DNA of 64,000 nt from an uncultured cyanobacterium (GCA_963793265.1 CAWBZI010000007.1:406652-470651); one strand, 5' to 3'. Numbered from the stretch's first letter, positions 38,705 through 49,857 are shown. Notes: a model not told the origin generated them from the letters alone. Numbers and translations: made by a program.

Positions 38705-40054
38705 TCACTCGATATACCCGGTATGGCGCATAAACCTTTCTGCAATGCCCTGAGCTGTCTCAAGCGATTCATCAATTCCAGACTGGCCTGCTAAAGTCGC
38801 TGCCATGCGCTGCCCTACCTGCGTTCCTATCGCTTGAAACTCGGGAATATCTACATACTGAATTCCTTTGTAGGGCGTAGGCAGTGCAGACGGACTCTCA
38901 ATATCAGCCGATTCAATCGAATTGAGCACTGTTTTGGCAAAAGGTGCCACCTCTTGATAGTTAGGATTCTCGTAGGTAGAGGTGCGCGTGCCGGGTGGAA
39001 CGCTGACCCAGCCAGACTTATCGGCAACCAGTTGAATGTAGTCTTTTGACGTAGCCCAGGTAATAAACTTTTGAGCAGCTTCGGGCGATCGCGATGTCTC
39101 AGGAATAGCCAGCGCCCAAGACCACAGCCAGTTCGACCCATTGGGATAAGACTCAATAGGAGCGGGCGCAAAGCCAACCGTATCGGTGACCTGAGACTGT
39201 TCAGGATTAGATAACAAGCCCGCTGCAACGGTGGCATCAATCCACATGCCGCACTTGCCCGTCGAGAACAGCGCTAAGTTCTCGTTAAACCCATTAGAGC
39301 TAGCGCCCGGTGGCCCATAGTCATTCAAAGTTTCCACATAGAAACTCACTGCATTCTTCCACTCTGGGGTATCAAGCTGAGGCTGCCAGTCCATATCAAA
39401 CCAGCGGCCACCAAAGGTATTAGCTAGCGTCGTCAAAAAGGCCATATTCTCGCCCCAGCCAGGTTTGCCCCGCAGGCACATACCATAAACGCCGTTTGCC
39501 GGATCGTGCACTTTACTGGCCCATTCTTTAACCTGGTCGTAAGTCGGCTGCTCTGGCATCGCAATACCTGCTTTTTCAAACAGGTCGCGGCGATAGTACA
39601 GCATTGAGCTTTCGCCATAAAAAGGCAGCGCATAAAGCGTATCTTCATACGATAATCCGGTACGAATAGGCGTAATTAAATCGTCCACGTCGTAGTCGTC
39701 AGGAAGCTGGTCGAGCGGCTTTAGCCAGCCTCGCTTTGCCCAAATTGGCGCTTCATAAGAGCCAATCGTGAGCACGTCAAACTGGCCGCCGCCGCTAGAC
39801 ACATCCGTCGTTGTGCGCTGACGCAAAATGTTCTCTTCTAGCACGACCCATCGCAGCTCAATGTCTGGATTATCGGCCTCGAACTGACTAGAAAGATCCT
39901 GCATCACTACCATGTCGCCGTTATTCACAGTGGCAATGGTCAATCGGGTTTTTTCGGCGGCCTGCTCTCCTGCGCTGCAAGCGTGCAGCATTTGCACAAG
40001 CAAAACGCTGGCTAAGAATATTGCCACTACTTTGGCGAAGCGGAAGGGACGCAT
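38705..40054 (-). CDS. smoE: Polyol (sorbitol/mannitol) ABC substrate-binding lipoprotein
   Basis: Lipobox-like LHAC, IATVNNGDM, CLRGKPGWGENMA, WIDATVAA. Confidence 0.88.
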   Translation of the reverse strand: MRPFRFAKVVAIFLASVLLVQMLHACSAGEQAAEKTRLTIATVNNGDMVVMQDLSSQFEADNPDIELRWVVLEENILRQRTTTDVSSGGGQFDVLTIGSYEAPIWAKRGWLKPLDQLPDDYDVDDLITPIRTGLSYEDTLYALPFYGESSMLYYRRDLFEKAGIAMPEQPTYDQVKEWASKVHDPANGVYGMCLRGKPGWGENMAFLTTLANTFGGRWFDMDWQPQLDTPEWKNAVSFYVETLNDYGPPGASSNGFNENLALFSTGKCGMWIDATVAAGLLSNPEQSQVTDTVGFAPAPIESYPNGSNWLWSWALAIPETSRSPEAAQKFITWATSKDYIQLVADKSGWVSVPPGTRTSTYENPNYQEVAPFAKTVLNSIESADIESPSALPTPYKGIQYVDIPEFQAIGTQVGQRMAATLAGQSGIDESLETAQGIAERFMRHTGYIE

Positions 40055-40124
40055 CGCTAGGCTCCTTGTTTAGGTGAAGGTGTTTAAGTGAAGTCAAACT
40101 GTTTTTGGGTTTATGCTTAAGCTG

Positions 40125-40138
40125 TGAGCAAAAGCTCT
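40125..40138. promoter_or_regulatory. Near-palindrome, candidate operator of the SorC-family regulator
   Basis: TGAGC-AAAA-GCTCT upstream of the polyol operon. Confidence 0.35.
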
Positions 40139-40332
40139 ATACTCAAAATCATACAGAAGCGATCGCTAGATTATGAGAAAGACTGTAGCCTTTGAAACAT
40201 TTCTTGACTAAGCGCATAAAGTCGCAAACAGTCAATAATGCGATTTCGGCTGTCGCTATTTCATAAAAGTTTGAGAAAACGTTCAAGCATACGAAGATAG
40301 CTAACATAGGCACAAGGCATGGAGAGAGTAAA

Positions 40333-41256
40333 ATGTTGCTTTTTGGTGGTATAGAAGCGGGTGGAACAAAATTTGTTTGCGCAGTTGGCACTGGCCCGAA
40401 TGACTTGCGCTCAGAAGTTCGTATTCCGACGACGACGCCCGCAGAAACCCTTTCTAAAGTGATTGATTATTTTGCGCAGCAGCAGGATAAAGAAGGCAGC
40501 TTGGCAGCAATTGGTATCGGTGCCTTTGGCCCTGTAGACGTTCGTCAGAACTCTTCGACCTTCGGCTGGTTTCTAGACACGCCGAAACCAGGCTGGCAGC
40601 AGATTGACTTTGCAGGGGTTGTAAAACGCGAGCTGGATGTGGCTGTAGGGTTTGATACTGACGTGAATGTGGCTGCTTTGGGCGAGCACAGGTGGGGGAA
40701 CGCACAGGGGTTAGAAACCTTTATCTATCTGACGGTCGGTACGGGAGTGGGGGGCGGTGGTATGGTGAGCGGGCGGCCTATTCACGGACTGCTTCATCCC
40801 GAGATGGGCCATATTCTAGTGCCGCACGATCGCCAGATCGATCCTTTCTCAGGCACTTGCCCTTTCCACCAAGACTGCCTCGAAGGACTCGCTTCTGGAT
40901 TCGCAATGGAGAAGCGGTGGGGACAAAAAGGCGTTGACCTGCCTGCCGATCATCCCGCTTGGGCGCTAGAAGCTGACTATTTAGCGACAGGGCTCATGAA
41001 TTTTATTCTGACGCTTTCACCCGAGCGGATTATCCTGGGTGGTGGCGTGATGGCGCAACAGCAGCTCTTTGGAATGGTGCGCGCTCGGGTTCAAAGTAAG
41101 CTGAATGCCTATCTATCAGTTCCTAAAATTATCGACGAGATAGAGGACTATATTCTGCCGCCCGGCTTGGGCAACAAGTCTGGAATTATGGGCGCTTTCG
41201 CCCTAGCAGAGCAGGTAGCACAGCAACAAGGAATAAGTTCGAGTGTGATAGCTTAA
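40333..41256 (+). CDS. ROK-family fructokinase
   Basis: [41 protein letters not shown]. Confidence 0.9.
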   Translation: MLLFGGIEAGGTKFVCAVGTGPNDLRSEVRIPTTTPAETLSKVIDYFAQQQDKEGSLAAIGIGAFGPVDVRQNSSTFGWFLDTPKPGWQQIDFAGVVKRELDVAVGFDTDVNVAALGEHRWGNAQGLETFIYLTVGTGVGGGGMVSGRPIHGLLHPEMGHILVPHDRQIDPFSGTCPFHQDCLEGLASGFAMEKRWGQKGVDLPADHPAWALEADYLATGLMNFILTLSPERIILGGGVMAQQQLFGMVRARVQSKLNAYLSVPKIIDEIEDYILPPGLGNKSGIMGAFALAEQVAQQQGISSSVIA

Positions 41257-41297
41257 AGAGCGTTGAACAATAGGTGGGAAACAGCAGGCATTAAAGT

Positions 41298-42338
41298 ATG
41301 GGAGAACCTCGTTCTGAGCAACATAGCAATTCTGCGAAGCATAGTACACAGCGGCGAGAATCCAGCGACCGTAAGCTTGATCTGGCTGCTCGTGCTGCCT
41401 GGCTTTACTACATTGCCGATAACAAACAAGAAGAGATTGCGGCTAAGCTCAACGTTTCTCGTCAGGCGGCGCAGCGCTTAGTTGCCCTAGCTGTCAGTGA
41501 AAAACTCATCCGGTTTCGGTTAGACCATCCGCTGAGCAACTGCATCGCATTGGCCGAGGCGTTGAGAGACAAGTTTGAGCTTTTACTATGCGATGTGGTG
41601 CCTAGTAGCGTTAGCGCAGCCTCTTCAAAGAATCGTAATTTACATACGGGACTCGGCATTTGTGCGGCAACACATCTAGAGTCGTATTTAGAGACAAAAG
41701 AGCCTGCTGTTATTGCATTTTCGTCGGGTCGAACGCTGCGTGCGATGGTTGAACAACTGCCGCCGATGCAACAACCGCAGCACAAAATTGTTTCTATAGT
41801 GGGCAATATGTCTCACTACGGTAGAGCAGGCCGTCATGAAGTGGTTATGCACTTGTGCGATCGCATTGAAGCTGTCGCTTATCCCATGCCAACGCCGGTT
41901 ATTGCCAATAGCATCAAAGAACGAAAGCTTCTGCAAACGCAGCAATCGTTTGGGACTGTAAAGGCTCTAGTAGAGCAAGCAAAAGTTACCTTTGTAGGCA
42001 TCGGTAGTATTGGCCTGAACTGCCCGATCCATGAAGACGGATTTGTTAACGACGACGAAATTGCCGAACTTGTCGGGTTAGGTGCTATCGGAGAGATTGC
42101 AGGTTGGGCTTATGACCAGCAGGGTGTGTTGTTGAAAAAAGGAACAAATCAGCGAATTGCTGGTGTTCCGTTAGCGCAGCCTGCCAGTCGGCAGACGATT
42201 GCGATCGCAGGCGGGATTCACAAAGCGCGAGCAATTAAGGCCGCCTTAGAAGGAAAACTAATCAACGGACTCATCACAGATGAAGCTGTTGCCGCAGAGA
42301 TTCTACGAGAAAATCATTCAGCGACCAATCGGTTATAA
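41298..42338 (+). CDS. smoC: SorC/DeoR-type sugar-binding transcriptional regulator
   Basis: AARAAWLYY...QEEIA.KLNVSRQAAQRL, GAIGEI.GW, LITDE. Confidence 0.85.
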   Translation: MGEPRSEQHSNSAKHSTQRRESSDRKLDLAARAAWLYYIADNKQEEIAAKLNVSRQAAQRLVALAVSEKLIRFRLDHPLSNCIALAEALRDKFELLLCDVVPSSVSAASSKNRNLHTGLGICAATHLESYLETKEPAVIAFSSGRTLRAMVEQLPPMQQPQHKIVSIVGNMSHYGRAGRHEVVMHLCDRIEAVAYPMPTPVIANSIKERKLLQTQQSFGTVKALVEQAKVTFVGIGSIGLNCPIHEDGFVNDDEIAELVGLGAIGEIAGWAYDQQGVLLKKGTNQRIAGVPLAQPASRQTIAIAGGIHKARAIKAALEGKLINGLITDEAVAAEILRENHSATNRL

Positions 42339-42456
42339 AGGCTCTACACGCACATTACAGCGCTACATCACTTGCCTGTATTTTGCTCAAAGACTGGCCC
42401 TTGATAGACAGCTATCGCTAACTGCAACTGCCTACCGCTTTGACTAATTGCGATCG

Positions 42457-43155
42457 CTATTTTGAGCGCTGAATCTCGCGCAGCTGTAAAAGATCCCAGA
42501 AATCACCTTCACTGCCTTCTGGAGCAGATTCTACGACGGCTAGATTGCCCGAGGTGTCTGCTATTAGAAAGTTGTTGGCAGACGCTACTTTCGCGCTTTT
42601 AATAATTTCTATAGCGCTATCGATCGTGTCGCAGTTCTCAAGCACTTTCCGAATAACAAAATGAAAGGTGATGCCCGGTCGAATGGTGGTACCGTTGACG
42701 AAGGACATTGTGATCGCTAATCCCTTTTCATTAATCCCATCGGCTCGTCCAACAAATAGGTCGGACTGGCCAATATGAGCGAGCTTTTGCGCTGGCGCTG
42801 TTAGGCTACTTTCCGTAAATTTTTTGAACGCAAAGAGCATATCGTAGTTTCTGCCAAAGATGACTGAATCCTTGTTTTTGAAGGCAAAAGCGCTACACTT
42901 GCCAGTCGTGTCAAACACACCTACTCCAGCGACGAAAGCGCCTACGAATTCTTCTTTAACTTGTAAGCCCGCAGAAAAGCCTTTAATTTCTTTGACTAGC
43001 TCAGGATAGAAGTTCTTGAGCGCTTGGTAACACTGAGTTCCAAACTCAGCCTTGGTCTGACTCAAGTCAGGGAGATGAACGCCTTTTTGATGAAGCAGAT
43101 TCCCGTACCTGAAACCAATCTCATAAAAGTCACCGTAAAATCTAGGATGATACAT
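42457..43155 (-). pseudogene. C45/Ntn-hydrolase (acyltransferase-like), probably C-terminally truncated
   Basis: CSAFA nucleophile, GRNYD, DGINEKGL, NFLIAD; similarity appears to stop after VVESAP. Confidence 0.6.
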
Positions 43156-43204
43156 AGCCTTTTGATGGTGGAATGATATGTGTCTGCAAGAGATAGATAA
43201 GTTT

Positions 43205-43465
43205 CTACATCCACGGCAAGTCGTCCAGTAGAGCTTCTATCGTCTTTTGAAACTCTAGACGCAGGAGCGCGCTGATGATGCCACAAAATAAGCTGGTACC
43301 TGCCATCACCCACCAAAAGTGAGATACTTGCCAGGAACCTCCTACCAATAGAAAAACGATCAGGCCAGCGCCAGCGCCTTTGATAAAGAAAGAGAGGCTG
43401 CTACGAATCATTGAGTAAGAAGCTGATCGACAAGCCGATTGAGAAGCCATATGTTTGGAAGCCAT
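43205..43465 (-). CDS. Small two-TM membrane protein
   Basis: 86 aa, two hydrophobic segments, GGAG RBS, motif B upstream. Confidence 0.6.
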   Translation of the reverse strand: MASKHMASQSACRSASYSMIRSSLSFFIKGAGAGLIVFLLVGGSWQVSHFWWVMAGTSLFCGIISALLRLEFQKTIEALLDDLPWM

Positions 43466-43541
43466 AGAAAAAGTCTCTCCTAATCAAAAATAGTTCTTCT
43501 ACATCGTAGACAAACACAGATATGCTCTACCATAGCTAATG

Positions 43542-43568
43542 GTCATAGAGAAGAATGACTTTTGACAT
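43542..43568. promoter_or_regulatory. Motif B
   Basis: GTCAT-N8-ATGAC-TTTT-GACAT. Confidence 0.6.
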
Positions 43569-43669
43569 TCTTCTTCGGAATACCTTCTGTCACTTTACTT
43601 AGGGCATAAGGGTTGGCTGAAACCATTACACAGCAACAGACAGGGCGACTGGCAAATAGCTGTCATTGG

Positions 43670-44101
43670 CTAAGCGGCTATATCTAAAGCGCTTCTCGAA
43701 GTCTCAGGGTCTAAAGGTTCAGTACGATCTACATAGAGAGAGGGAATATCCCAGGCTTCAGCGATCAGGCCGTTAACAACGCGCCAGACGACGACCGCAT
43801 CTAGTTCTACATGAGTGCCATACAACAGCATATGATCTACCACGTGGGTGACGACTAATTCATCACCAATAGGTACAAGACTGATAGGCTCGACCCGAAA
43901 TGTACCGCCAGTATAGTGCTGTAGCTTTTTGAAGAATATTTTCAGTCCCGCTACGCCAGCATAGTCACCTTGAACATCCGTCAGCTTTGGATTGAAGAAG
44001 TGCCAGACAAAGCTGTCGGCAAAAAGATGGGCAGAGGCAGCTAAATTAGCGGGATCTAGCTGTTGGATTAAAGAGACGTTGGGATGCGCCATTGCGTTCA
44101 T
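43670..44101 (-). CDS. SnoaL/NTF2-like protein
   Basis: FADSFVWH, GDY.G..G...FF, GDELVV, VVWRVVNGLIAEAW. Confidence 0.75.
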   Translation of the reverse strand: MNAMAHPNVSLIQQLDPANLAASAHLFADSFVWHFFNPKLTDVQGDYAGVAGLKIFFKKLQHYTGGTFRVEPISLVPIGDELVVTHVVDHMLLYGTHVELDAVVVWRVVNGLIAEAWDIPSLYVDRTEPLDPETSRSALDIAA

Positions 44102-44216
44102 TATTTCTCGTGAATCTTAGTAGTACTTGGTCGCAGATTATTTGTAAGCATTCAATAAAAAACGTATCTGCTAGTTCAATAGAAGCGAAAGCTGTTGTTA
44201 TTCTCCATAGCTAAAC

Positions 44217-44243
44217 GTCATGCAATTCGATGACTTTTGTCAT
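44217..44243. promoter_or_regulatory. Motif B
   Basis: GTCAT-N8-ATGAC-TTTT-GTCAT, with TACGCT 23 bp downstream. Confidence 0.7.
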
Positions 44244-44384
44244 GGTGATCGCAAAACCTATCTAGCTACGCTCAGTCACAGTGAGATATGCAGAGAGCGT
44301 CTATGGCTTTCAATCCTATTGCTTTTAATTTTGTTATATCACTAGCCAATTCAGGAGTTTGTTCTTCATTTGACTTTGCTTTCT

Positions 44385-44411
44385 ATGACAAAGGTCATTA
44401 GAAGCTATGAC
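44385..44411. promoter_or_regulatory. Motif B (reverse orientation)
   Basis: ATGAC-AAAG-GTCAT-N8-ATGAC upstream of the S9 peptidase. Confidence 0.7.
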
Positions 44412-44484
44412 ATTTAGGCATGGAAAGTAGTCATTCGACTCACTAACTTTAGATCGTAGCTAATGTTTGAGTAGAGTACTAAGT

Positions 44485-46545
44485 ATGAAACAATCGCGTA
44501 TAGGAATAGCGCTGAGGCTCGCATCTGCTAGTATCATTACTCTGGGGCCTATGTACAACCCGCTACCTTTTCTATCATCAACAGCCGCAACAGCCGAAGA
44601 ATTGATTGCCTCCTCTACCCTGCCACCGCTGATTGATCGAGAGCTGTTCTTCGCCGACCCAGAAATCTCAGGCGCGCAGCTTTCTCCAAACGGTCAATTT
44701 ATTGCCTTTCAAAAGCCATTAGATGGCGTTATTAATATTTGGGTAAAGGGCATTGATGAGCCGATGGCAGCAGCTCGCCGGGTGACGGCGGATACGCAGA
44801 GCCCAATTATGATTTACTTTTGGAGCGCCGATGGTCGCTATATTCTCTATGGACAAGATACTGGGGGCAATGAGAATTTTCGCCTCTATGCGGTCGAGCC
44901 GGAAGTGGTGGGTGAAGCAGACGTGGTTGCTCGCGATCTGACCCCGATAGAGAATGTCACAGCAGTGGTGTATGCGATTTTGAAAGAGACGCCGAATCAA
45001 ATTGTGATCGGGCTTAACGACCGCGATCCGCGAGTGCATGACGCGTATAGCTTGGATTTGACGACGGGCGATCGCACCCTACTCATTCAAAATGATGGCA
45101 CTGTCGCTAGCTGGGTCGCCGATCACAAAGGCAATATCCGCTTGGCCTATCGTCAGTCTTCAGAAAACGGTCAGGAAATTCTCAGAGTAGAAGAGAACGG
45201 TAGCCTTACGCCTATCTATACTTGTCGTCTCGAAGAGACTTGTGGACTACTGCAATTCCATCCAAACGATCGACAAATCTATTTACAAACAAATCGAGAG
45301 GCGGATCTGACTCAACTAGAGCTGCTTGATGTCAATACAGGCAAAACCGAATTAGTCGAAACCGATCCTGAGCAGCAGGTAGATTTTGGCGGCGCGTTAT
45401 TTTCGCCTGCAACCGATGAGCTGGTAGCGACCTACTACGTAGGCGATCGCCGCCGCATCTATCCAAAATCAGATGAATGGTCAGCGGATCTGGCCTTTCT
45501 TCAACAGCAGCTTCCTGATGTTGAGCTTTCGGTAGATTCTGTTACTTCTGATGCTCGGCTTGCCTTAGTCAGCGCTCAAAGCGATGTTAATCCGGGAGCT
45601 ATGTACCTGTTTGACCGCGACGCTCAGACGCTTGAAAAGCTCTATGATGCCTGGCCAGCGCTGCCAAGCGAACATTTGGCATCTACCACGCCTATCCGCT
45701 ACGAAGCTCGTGATGGCGTAGAAATTCCGGCTTATCTAACGCTGCCTGAAGGGGTTTCTTCAGAGCATCTACCTGTTGTTATTTTTCCTCACGGTGGGCC
45801 TTGGGGAAGAGACTACTGGGGCTATGATCCGGTAGCTCAATTTTACGCCAATCGCGGTTACGCAGTCTTGCAACCAAATTTTCGAGGATCTGCGGGCTAT
45901 GGCAAAGCCTTTCTCAATGCAGGCAATCAACAGTGGGGAACGGGCGTGATGCAGCACGATGTCACCGATGGCGTGCAGTATCTAGTTGACGAGGGCATTG
46001 CCGATCCTGAGCGAATGGGGATTATGGGATTTTCTTATGGGGGCTATGCTACGTTAGCGGGGCTAGCTTTTACGCCAGAACGCTATGCGGCAGGCGCTTC
46101 TGTGGTGGGCCCGTCTAGTTTGATCACCCTGATGGAGAATATTCCGCCCTACTGGATGCCGATTCAAGATTCTATGGACTTGCGAGTCGGCGACCCGAGT
46201 GATCCGGCTGATCGCGATCGCCTAGTAGCCCAATCCCCATTGTTCTCGGCAGATCAGATTCAGTCTCCTCTGCTAGTAGTCCAGGGCGCAAACGATCCGC
46301 GCGTGCTTCAACAAGAGTCCGATCAAATTGTGAAAGCGCTAAGAGATTTGGGTCGACCCGTAGAATATTTAGTCGCACCAGACGAAGGGCACGGCTTTAG
46401 AAAAGAGATAAACGCGCTAGCGATGACAGCCGCTCTAGAACGCTTTTTTGCCGAACATCTAGGCGGGCGCTATCAAGCAGAAATGTCACCGGAGCTAGCA
46501 GCGCAGCTAGAGAGACTGACGGTGGATATCGACACAGTTCAGTAG
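44485..46545 (+). CDS. S9-family prolyl oligopeptidase / acylaminoacyl peptidase, exported
   Basis: Signal-like N-terminus, HGGPW, GFSYGG (Ser), NDPRV (Asp), DEGHG (His). Confidence 0.92.
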   Translation: MKQSRIGIALRLASASIITLGPMYNPLPFLSSTAATAEELIASSTLPPLIDRELFFADPEISGAQLSPNGQFIAFQKPLDGVINIWVKGIDEPMAAARRVTADTQSPIMIYFWSADGRYILYGQDTGGNENFRLYAVEPEVVGEADVVARDLTPIENVTAVVYAILKETPNQIVIGLNDRDPRVHDAYSLDLTTGDRTLLIQNDGTVASWVADHKGNIRLAYRQSSENGQEILRVEENGSLTPIYTCRLEETCGLLQFHPNDRQIYLQTNREADLTQLELLDVNTGKTELVETDPEQQVDFGGALFSPATDELVATYYVGDRRRIYPKSDEWSADLAFLQQQLPDVELSVDSVTSDARLALVSAQSDVNPGAMYLFDRDAQTLEKLYDAWPALPSEHLASTTPIRYEARDGVEIPAYLTLPEGVSSEHLPVVIFPHGGPWGRDYWGYDPVAQFYANRGYAVLQPNFRGSAGYGKAFLNAGNQQWGTGVMQHDVTDGVQYLVDEGIADPERMGIMGFSYGGYATLAGLAFTPERYAAGASVVGPSSLITLMENIPPYWMPIQDSMDLRVGDPSDPADRDRLVAQSPLFSADQIQSPLLVVQGANDPRVLQQESDQIVKALRDLGRPVEYLVAPDEGHGFRKEINALAMTAALERFFAEHLGGRYQAEMSPELAAQLERLTVDIDTVQ

Positions 46546-46584
46546 CAGACCTGAAAACTAGAAGATCTAAATGTCGGGAGAATT

Positions 46585-46611
46585 GTCATAAAACCTGATG
46601 ACAAATGTCAT
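46585..46611. promoter_or_regulatory. Motif B upstream of devBCA
   Basis: GTCAT-N8-ATGAC-AAAT-GTCAT. Confidence 0.7.
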
Positions 46612-46663
46612 CGCAATCGCCTGGCAACACAGGCTAAAACTAAAGACAGAGATTGGCTAGTTC

Positions 46664-47839
46664 ATGTTGAAACAATATACTTCTCGATGGGCTTTTCGAC
46701 GGGCTTCTCTGATTACTTTGATAGCTGTAGTATCTGTTGGATGTAGCCTGCCATTCGGTTCTAAAGACAGCGCCGAACCAGCAGCAGCCGTAGCGCTTAG
46801 CTCGGTAGTGGCCCTCGGACGAATTGAACCAGAAGGCGAAGTGATTCGGCTGTCGGTGTCAAATGCGGCGGATAGTCGCGTCAACGAAATTCGAGTGAGT
46901 GAAGGTGATTGGGTAGAAGCGCAGCAGGTAATTGCTGTATTGCAGGGCGCTGAGCGGCGACAGGCCGATCTGAGTTCCGCCTATGCTTTAGTGCGGCAGC
47001 GGCAGGCCGAACTTGCTCAACAACAAAGCGGCAGTGTCAAGCCTGCTTCGCTTATCGCACAGCGTGAAACCATTGCTCGACTAGAAGCGCAGCTCTCGGC
47101 CCAAAGACGCCAAAGAGAGGCCGCGATCACAAAAGCTCAGGCTGTCCTTCAGGAGGCGCAGACCAAGTATCAGCGCTATCAAACGCTGGCTGCTGCTGGC
47201 GCACTTGAGCAAATAGAACTCGATATTGCTTTACGCGACTATGAAACGGCTCAGGCTGACTTAGCTGTAGAACAATCTGCACAAGAAGAAAATGAAATGA
47301 CGCTCAGCGCCCAAATTGCAGAGGAGAAAGCGCGACTGACTGAGCTGAGCCAGGTGTTGCCAGAAGCGGTCGAGATTGCTTCTGCTCAGTTGGAACAAGC
47401 GCAGATACAAGTTTCTCAAAGTCAAGCTGATCTGGACGATGTGCTAGTTCGAGCGCCGGTCGCAGGCCAAATATTGAAGATAAACACTCGGGTAGGAGAA
47501 CAGGTGAATACGCAGCAAGGCATTGTCGAACTCGCCCAAACCGATCAGATGATGGTGATCGCAGAAGTATACGAAACTGATATCCGTAGAGTGGGCTTAG
47601 GCCAGCTGGTCAAAGTCACTAGCGAATATGGTGGGGTAGAAACAGATCTTACCGGAACGGTTGATCAAATCGGCCTGCAGATTGGGAAAGCGAACTTTGG
47701 TGAAGAAGAAGCCGACCCGACTCAAGATGTCAATGCGCGCGTGGTGACGGTGAAAGTTCGCCTAAATGATGAAGACAGCGAGCGGGTAGCCGCGCTCACC
47801 GGAATGCAGGTGAGAGTTGCTATTGACACCGATGTGTAG
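46664..47839 (+). CDS. devB: DevB-family membrane fusion protein
   Basis: VVALGRIEPEGEVI, coiled coil, VRAP..GQILKI, AEVYETDI. Confidence 0.88.
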   Translation: MLKQYTSRWAFRRASLITLIAVVSVGCSLPFGSKDSAEPAAAVALSSVVALGRIEPEGEVIRLSVSNAADSRVNEIRVSEGDWVEAQQVIAVLQGAERRQADLSSAYALVRQRQAELAQQQSGSVKPASLIAQRETIARLEAQLSAQRRQREAAITKAQAVLQEAQTKYQRYQTLAAAGALEQIELDIALRDYETAQADLAVEQSAQEENEMTLSAQIAEEKARLTELSQVLPEAVEIASAQLEQAQIQVSQSQADLDDVLVRAPVAGQILKINTRVGEQVNTQQGIVELAQTDQMMVIAEVYETDIRRVGLGQLVKVTSEYGGVETDLTGTVDQIGLQIGKANFGEEEADPTQDVNARVVTVKVRLNDEDSERVAALTGMQVRVAIDTDV

Positions 47840-47895
47840 CGAGCTGATGCGTAGTGAGCTATGACGATCAGCAAAATTACAAATGGACTTGTCTT

Positions 47896-49173
47896 ATGTG
47901 GAAGTCTCTTATTCCTCGAATACTGGCTAAACAGATGACTTTTGAGAAACCACTCGCTTGGGCGCAGCTTTCCCATCAAAAGATTCGGCTAGCGGTCGCG
48001 ATTACTGGCGTAAGCTTTGCCAACATCCTGATGTTTACCATGATGGGCCTACAAACCCTGCTGACCGATGGAGCAACCACCCTACACGAAAGTTTAAAGG
48101 GAGATCTCTTCCTAATGTCTTCATTTAGCCCCACGCTGCGTATTCCGATTTCTATTTCGCGCGCCTACCTGCTACAAGCAGACTCGGTAGACGGGGTTGG
48201 CATGGCCGCGCCGATGTATATTAGCAGCGCAAACTGGACAGATCCTAGCCAGCTCAAACCTCCTTCGGAGCGGTTTTCAAAGGACAGTTCTTCTGAGGAT
48301 CGTCCCGAGTGGTCACCGGAAGAAGAAAACGCGGGCGATATTTTTGGAAATCAAGTGCGGATAGTGGCTTTTAATCCGAGACAGTCTATCTTGAATATTC
48401 CCGAGGTAGAGCAGCAGCGCGATCGCCTTAGTCCTGCCAATACTGTTTTGTTTGATCGGCTCTCTCAACCTTCTTTAGGAGAGATTCCCGCGCTGCTATC
48501 AACTGCTGATAATGTGCAAACCCTGATGGGAGGCCGCAGAGTGAGGGTAGTCGGTCTATTTAGCCTGGGCAGCACCGTTATAGAGAAGGGCACGGTGGTA
48601 ATGAGTGACTGGAACTATACCCAGTGGGCTGGAGCGCAGGCGCTAGAGCAGGTAAGTCTGGGGATTTTAACGCTAGAAGCGGGCAGTGATATTGTTGCAG
48701 TTCAAGCAAAGCTTCAGGCATATCTGCCGGATTCTGTAGACGTTTTGACGATGGAGGAGCTACTGGCTAAGGAGAAAAAATTTACGGATGAAGATCCAGG
48801 GGGCATTATCTTTGGCTTTGGTAGCATGGTGGGCTTCGTTGTGGGCACCGTGATTGTTTATCAGGTGCTCTATACCGATATCAGCGATCATCTGCCGGAA
48901 TATGCCACGCTCAAGGCAATGGGCTATAGCGATGCGGCCTTGCTACGAGTAGTCCTGCTAGAAGCGATTTTGCTGGCTGTGCTGGGGTTTATTCCTGGGT
49001 TTGTGACCTCTTTGGGTCTGTATCAGGTGTTGACGGTGATGACTCGGATTCCGCTGGTGATGAAGGGAACTGTTGCCGCTCAGATATTCGTGCTGACGCT
49101 GGTGATGTGTAGTTTGTCGGGTGCGATCGCGATGCGTCGTCTCCAATCTGCCGATCCTGCCGATGTGTTTTGA
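47896..49173 (+). CDS. devC: DevC-family ABC permease
   Basis: PLAWAQL, VYQVLYTDI.DHLPEYATLKAMGY, ADPADVF; start uncertain. Confidence 0.9.
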   Translation: MWKSLIPRILAKQMTFEKPLAWAQLSHQKIRLAVAITGVSFANILMFTMMGLQTLLTDGATTLHESLKGDLFLMSSFSPTLRIPISISRAYLLQADSVDGVGMAAPMYISSANWTDPSQLKPPSERFSKDSSSEDRPEWSPEEENAGDIFGNQVRIVAFNPRQSILNIPEVEQQRDRLSPANTVLFDRLSQPSLGEIPALLSTADNVQTLMGGRRVRVVGLFSLGSTVIEKGTVVMSDWNYTQWAGAQALEQVSLGILTLEAGSDIVAVQAKLQAYLPDSVDVLTMEELLAKEKKFTDEDPGGIIFGFGSMVGFVVGTVIVYQVLYTDISDHLPEYATLKAMGYSDAALLRVVLLEAILLAVLGFIPGFVTSLGLYQVLTVMTRIPLVMKGTVAAQIFVLTLVMCSLSGAIAMRRLQSADPADVF

Positions 49174-49185
49174 GGATGAATTTAA

Positions 49186-49857
49186 ATGTCTCCTACCGTT
49201 GCGATAAATAGTCTTAATCACGCTTTTGGCAAAGGCCAGCTCTGTCGAACAGTACTAGCCAATATAAACCTAGAACTCCATCCGGGCGAAATTGTCTTAC
49301 TTACGGGGCCGTCGGGCAGTGGAAAAACGACTTTGCTAACGCTGATGGGCGCTTTGCGTTCGGTGCAATCAGGCAGCTTGAAAATTCTCGATCAAGAACT
49401 GAAAGGAGCGCGTAAACGTAAGCTGGTTAAGCTACGGACTCAAATTGGGTTTATCTTTCAGTCTCACAATTTATTGGATTGTCTGACAGCCACAGAGAAT
49501 GTTCGAATGGCATTGAAATTGCATGGTGGGTCGTTGAGCGATCGCCGCGAGCAATCTCACGAAATGCTGAAAACCGTCGGCTTAGCAGAACACAGCCATA
49601 AGCACCCAGGCCAGCTTTCCGGTGGGCAAAAGCAGCGAGTTGCGATCGCCCGTGCCCTCGTCGCCCAGCCCAAAATCGTCTTAGCTGACGAACCCACCGC
49701 CTCCCTAGACAGCCACTCCGGGCGAGACGTTGTAAATTTAATTCAGCAGCTTGCTCACCGTCAGCACTGCACCGTTCTACTCGTCACTCACGATGCTCGC
49801 ATTCTCGATATTGCCGATCGCACCTTGCATATTGAAGACGGACGATTGAGCATGTGA
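49186..49857 (+). CDS. devA: DevA-family ABC ATP-binding protein
   Basis: GPSGSGKTT, LSGGQKQRVAIARAL, DEPTASLD. Confidence 0.92.
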   Translation: MSPTVAINSLNHAFGKGQLCRTVLANINLELHPGEIVLLTGPSGSGKTTLLTLMGALRSVQSGSLKILDQELKGARKRKLVKLRTQIGFIFQSHNLLDCLTATENVRMALKLHGGSLSDRREQSHEMLKTVGLAEHSHKHPGQLSGGQKQRVAIARALVAQPKIVLADEPTASLDSHSGRDVVNLIQQLAHRQHCTVLLVTHDARILDIADRTLHIEDGRLSM

